Sequence record: MW735835.1
Length of the DNA: 64,000 bases
Strand: one strand, 5' to 3'
The notes under the pieces were generated by a model. That model had not been told where the DNA came from. It saw nothing but the letters and a program-made list of their open reading frames with translations, and searched no databases. Every line of letters starts with the position of its first letter. Position 1 is the stretch's first letter. Shown piece after piece: positions 62,747 through 64,000 of this stretch. Both the position numbers and the translations under genes were made by a program.

Positions 62747-64000
62747 TTAGGCCGGGTTTTCCAGGCCGTCAGCAGCGGTGTCGAACGCGTCAGTCAGCGC
62801 CAGGGCCAGAGCCTCGATGTCCGAGGTGTTCTGAGCGATGGCGGTGTTCAGCGGAGCGTTCGCAGCAGCGATGGCAGCATCGCGCTCGCTTTCCACGGTA
62901 GCCAGGGTTTTACCGCCCAGCTTCGCGGAGTCGGCAGCCTGCTCGGTTTTGCCGAGTTTGCCGTCGATGACCAGAGTCAGCGCCGCGACGGCGTCGTTCT
63001 GGTTGGCCAGGGCATCGGCCAGTTCCTTCAGGGTGTCGAGGGCAGTCGGAGCGCCGTCCACCAGAGCAGCGATGGCACCGTCAACCGAAGCCTTCAGACC
63101 CAGGGCGGTGATGTACTTGACATCGTCGGTACCAGCGATGGCTTCAGCAGTGGAAGCCTTGGCAGCGATGAACGCGTCCAGGGCGGTCTGAACAGCGGTG
63201 ATGCTGTCAGCGTTGTTGCCATCGGCAGCTTGCAGAGCAGCGATCAGAGCGGTCAGGGTCTGACCACCGACGCTGTACTGGCCGAAGTCGTCGGTCTTCA
63301 GAACGACGTTGCCCAGGTCGACTTCACCGGACGCCATGGCCACCACTTCGAGCAGGGTCTTACCTTCGAGCTTCGCGGAGTCCGCGGCGGTCTCGGTCTT
63401 ACCCAGCTTGTTCGGCAGCTCAGCCGCAGCGGCAGCAGCGGCAGCAGCCGCGCCATCGGCGGTAGCCTGAGCAGCTTGTGCAGCGGCAGCAGCAGCGCCG
63501 GTAGCAGCAACGCCGCTTTCCAGGTGCTGCTTGAGGGTCTTCGGATCGGTGCTGGCGGTCACGAAGTACGTGGTGCCATCAACGGCCGAAGCAGCGGTCA
63601 GGGCAGCGTCCAGAGCAGCGAGCACGCCGCTGTCCAGAGGCTCAGCCGGAGCTTCGAAGGTGCCGTTCAGGTCGGGGTCGACTTGAACAGTCAGTTCGCC
63701 AGCGTTGCGCACTACCGAGTAGGTAGCGGTACCAGCGTTGACTTCAGCAGCGACGTAGACAACTTCGTCGCTGGCCACGGCTACCGGGTTGGCACCCAGG
63801 TCGCTGGTCGCGGTCAGGAAGTTGGAGCCTTCGCCAACTTGGGCTTCCAGCGCGGTAACGCGGTCGTCCAGCGGGTCAACGGCAGCAGCGATCTTCGCAT
63901 CGGCTGCGGTGTTGGCAGCAGCCAGCGCAGCGTCGGCTTTGGCTTGGGCGCCAGCCGGGGTTTCCTTGGTACCGATCTCGGACATCAGGGTGTTGATGAT
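62747..64000 (-). CDS. Ala-rich tail-fibre-like virion protein (5' end beyond the window)
   Basis: Two KLGKTE.AADSAKL.GKTL repeats, APTALDTLKELADAL motif; frame open to the window edge. Confidence 0.8.
   Translation of the reverse strand: MINTLMSEIGTKETPAGAQAKADAALAAANTAADAKIAAAVDPLDDRVTALEAQVGEGSNFLTATSDLGANPVAVASDEVVYVAAEVNAGTATYSVVRNAGELTVQVDPDLNGTFEAPAEPLDSGVLAALDAALTAASAVDGTTYFVTASTDPKTLKQHLESGVAATGAAAAAAQAAQATADGAAAAAAAAAAELPNKLGKTETAADSAKLEGKTLLEVVAMASGEVDLGNVVLKTDDFGQYSVGGQTLTALIAALQAADGNNADSITAVQTALDAFIAAKASTAEAIAGTDDVKYITALGLKASVDGAIAALVDGAPTALDTLKELADALANQNDAVAALTLVIDGKLGKTEQAADSAKLGGKTLATVESERDAAIAAANAPLNTAIAQNTSDIEALALALTDAFDTAADGLENPA

Noticed and set aside
1-64000. CRISPR array, DGR template/variable repeats, invertible tail-fibre segment, reverse transcriptase, integrase
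   Set aside because: No regularly spaced direct repeats, no long near-identical repeat pair differing at adenines, no invertase with inverted crossover sites, and no RT or integrase motifs seen by eye

Overview
This is a 64-kb fragment of a phiKZ-like (Chimalliviridae-type) jumbo phage genome, fairly GC-rich, with a probable Pseudomonas-like gammaproteobacterial host (inference). The assignment rests on phiKZ-type virion proteins carrying S-x-E prohead-protease sites, TATG late-promoter motifs, a conserved TACAT(G/T)AT-type early promoter and stereotyped hairpin terminators. Genes are dense and mostly on the + strand. Nucleotide metabolism: Tmk, ThyA, DHFR and two Nudix-fold enzymes. Nucleic-acid enzymes: an NAD-dependent DNA ligase, a SNF2/DEAD-like helicase, an HNH nuclease and a degenerate GIY-YIG protein. 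A PolX-like nucleotidyltransferase, a CCA-adding enzyme and an HD hydrolase form one cluster. There is a tail-fibre/receptor-binding cluster (21.2-29.6 kb), a spanin-like pair and many hypothetical proteins. The most striking unexplained signal is a ~435-nt non-coding element at 60.8-61.2 kb with several tmRNA-like segments in circularly permuted order and a tag frame (VNDGDVEPVLRAAA-KRLFS) lacking the usual terminal Ala-Ala. The same window encodes two SspB-like ClpX adaptors and an HslV/proteasome-beta-like peptidase near an AAA ATPase, which suggests a phage-run tagging/proteolysis system (hypothesis). A second hairpin-dense region (~48.4-49.25 kb) and a pseudoknotted leader (28.38-28.53 kb) are further candidate structured RNAs. 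All homology calls come from motif recognition and recalled reference sequences; no searches or folding programs were run.
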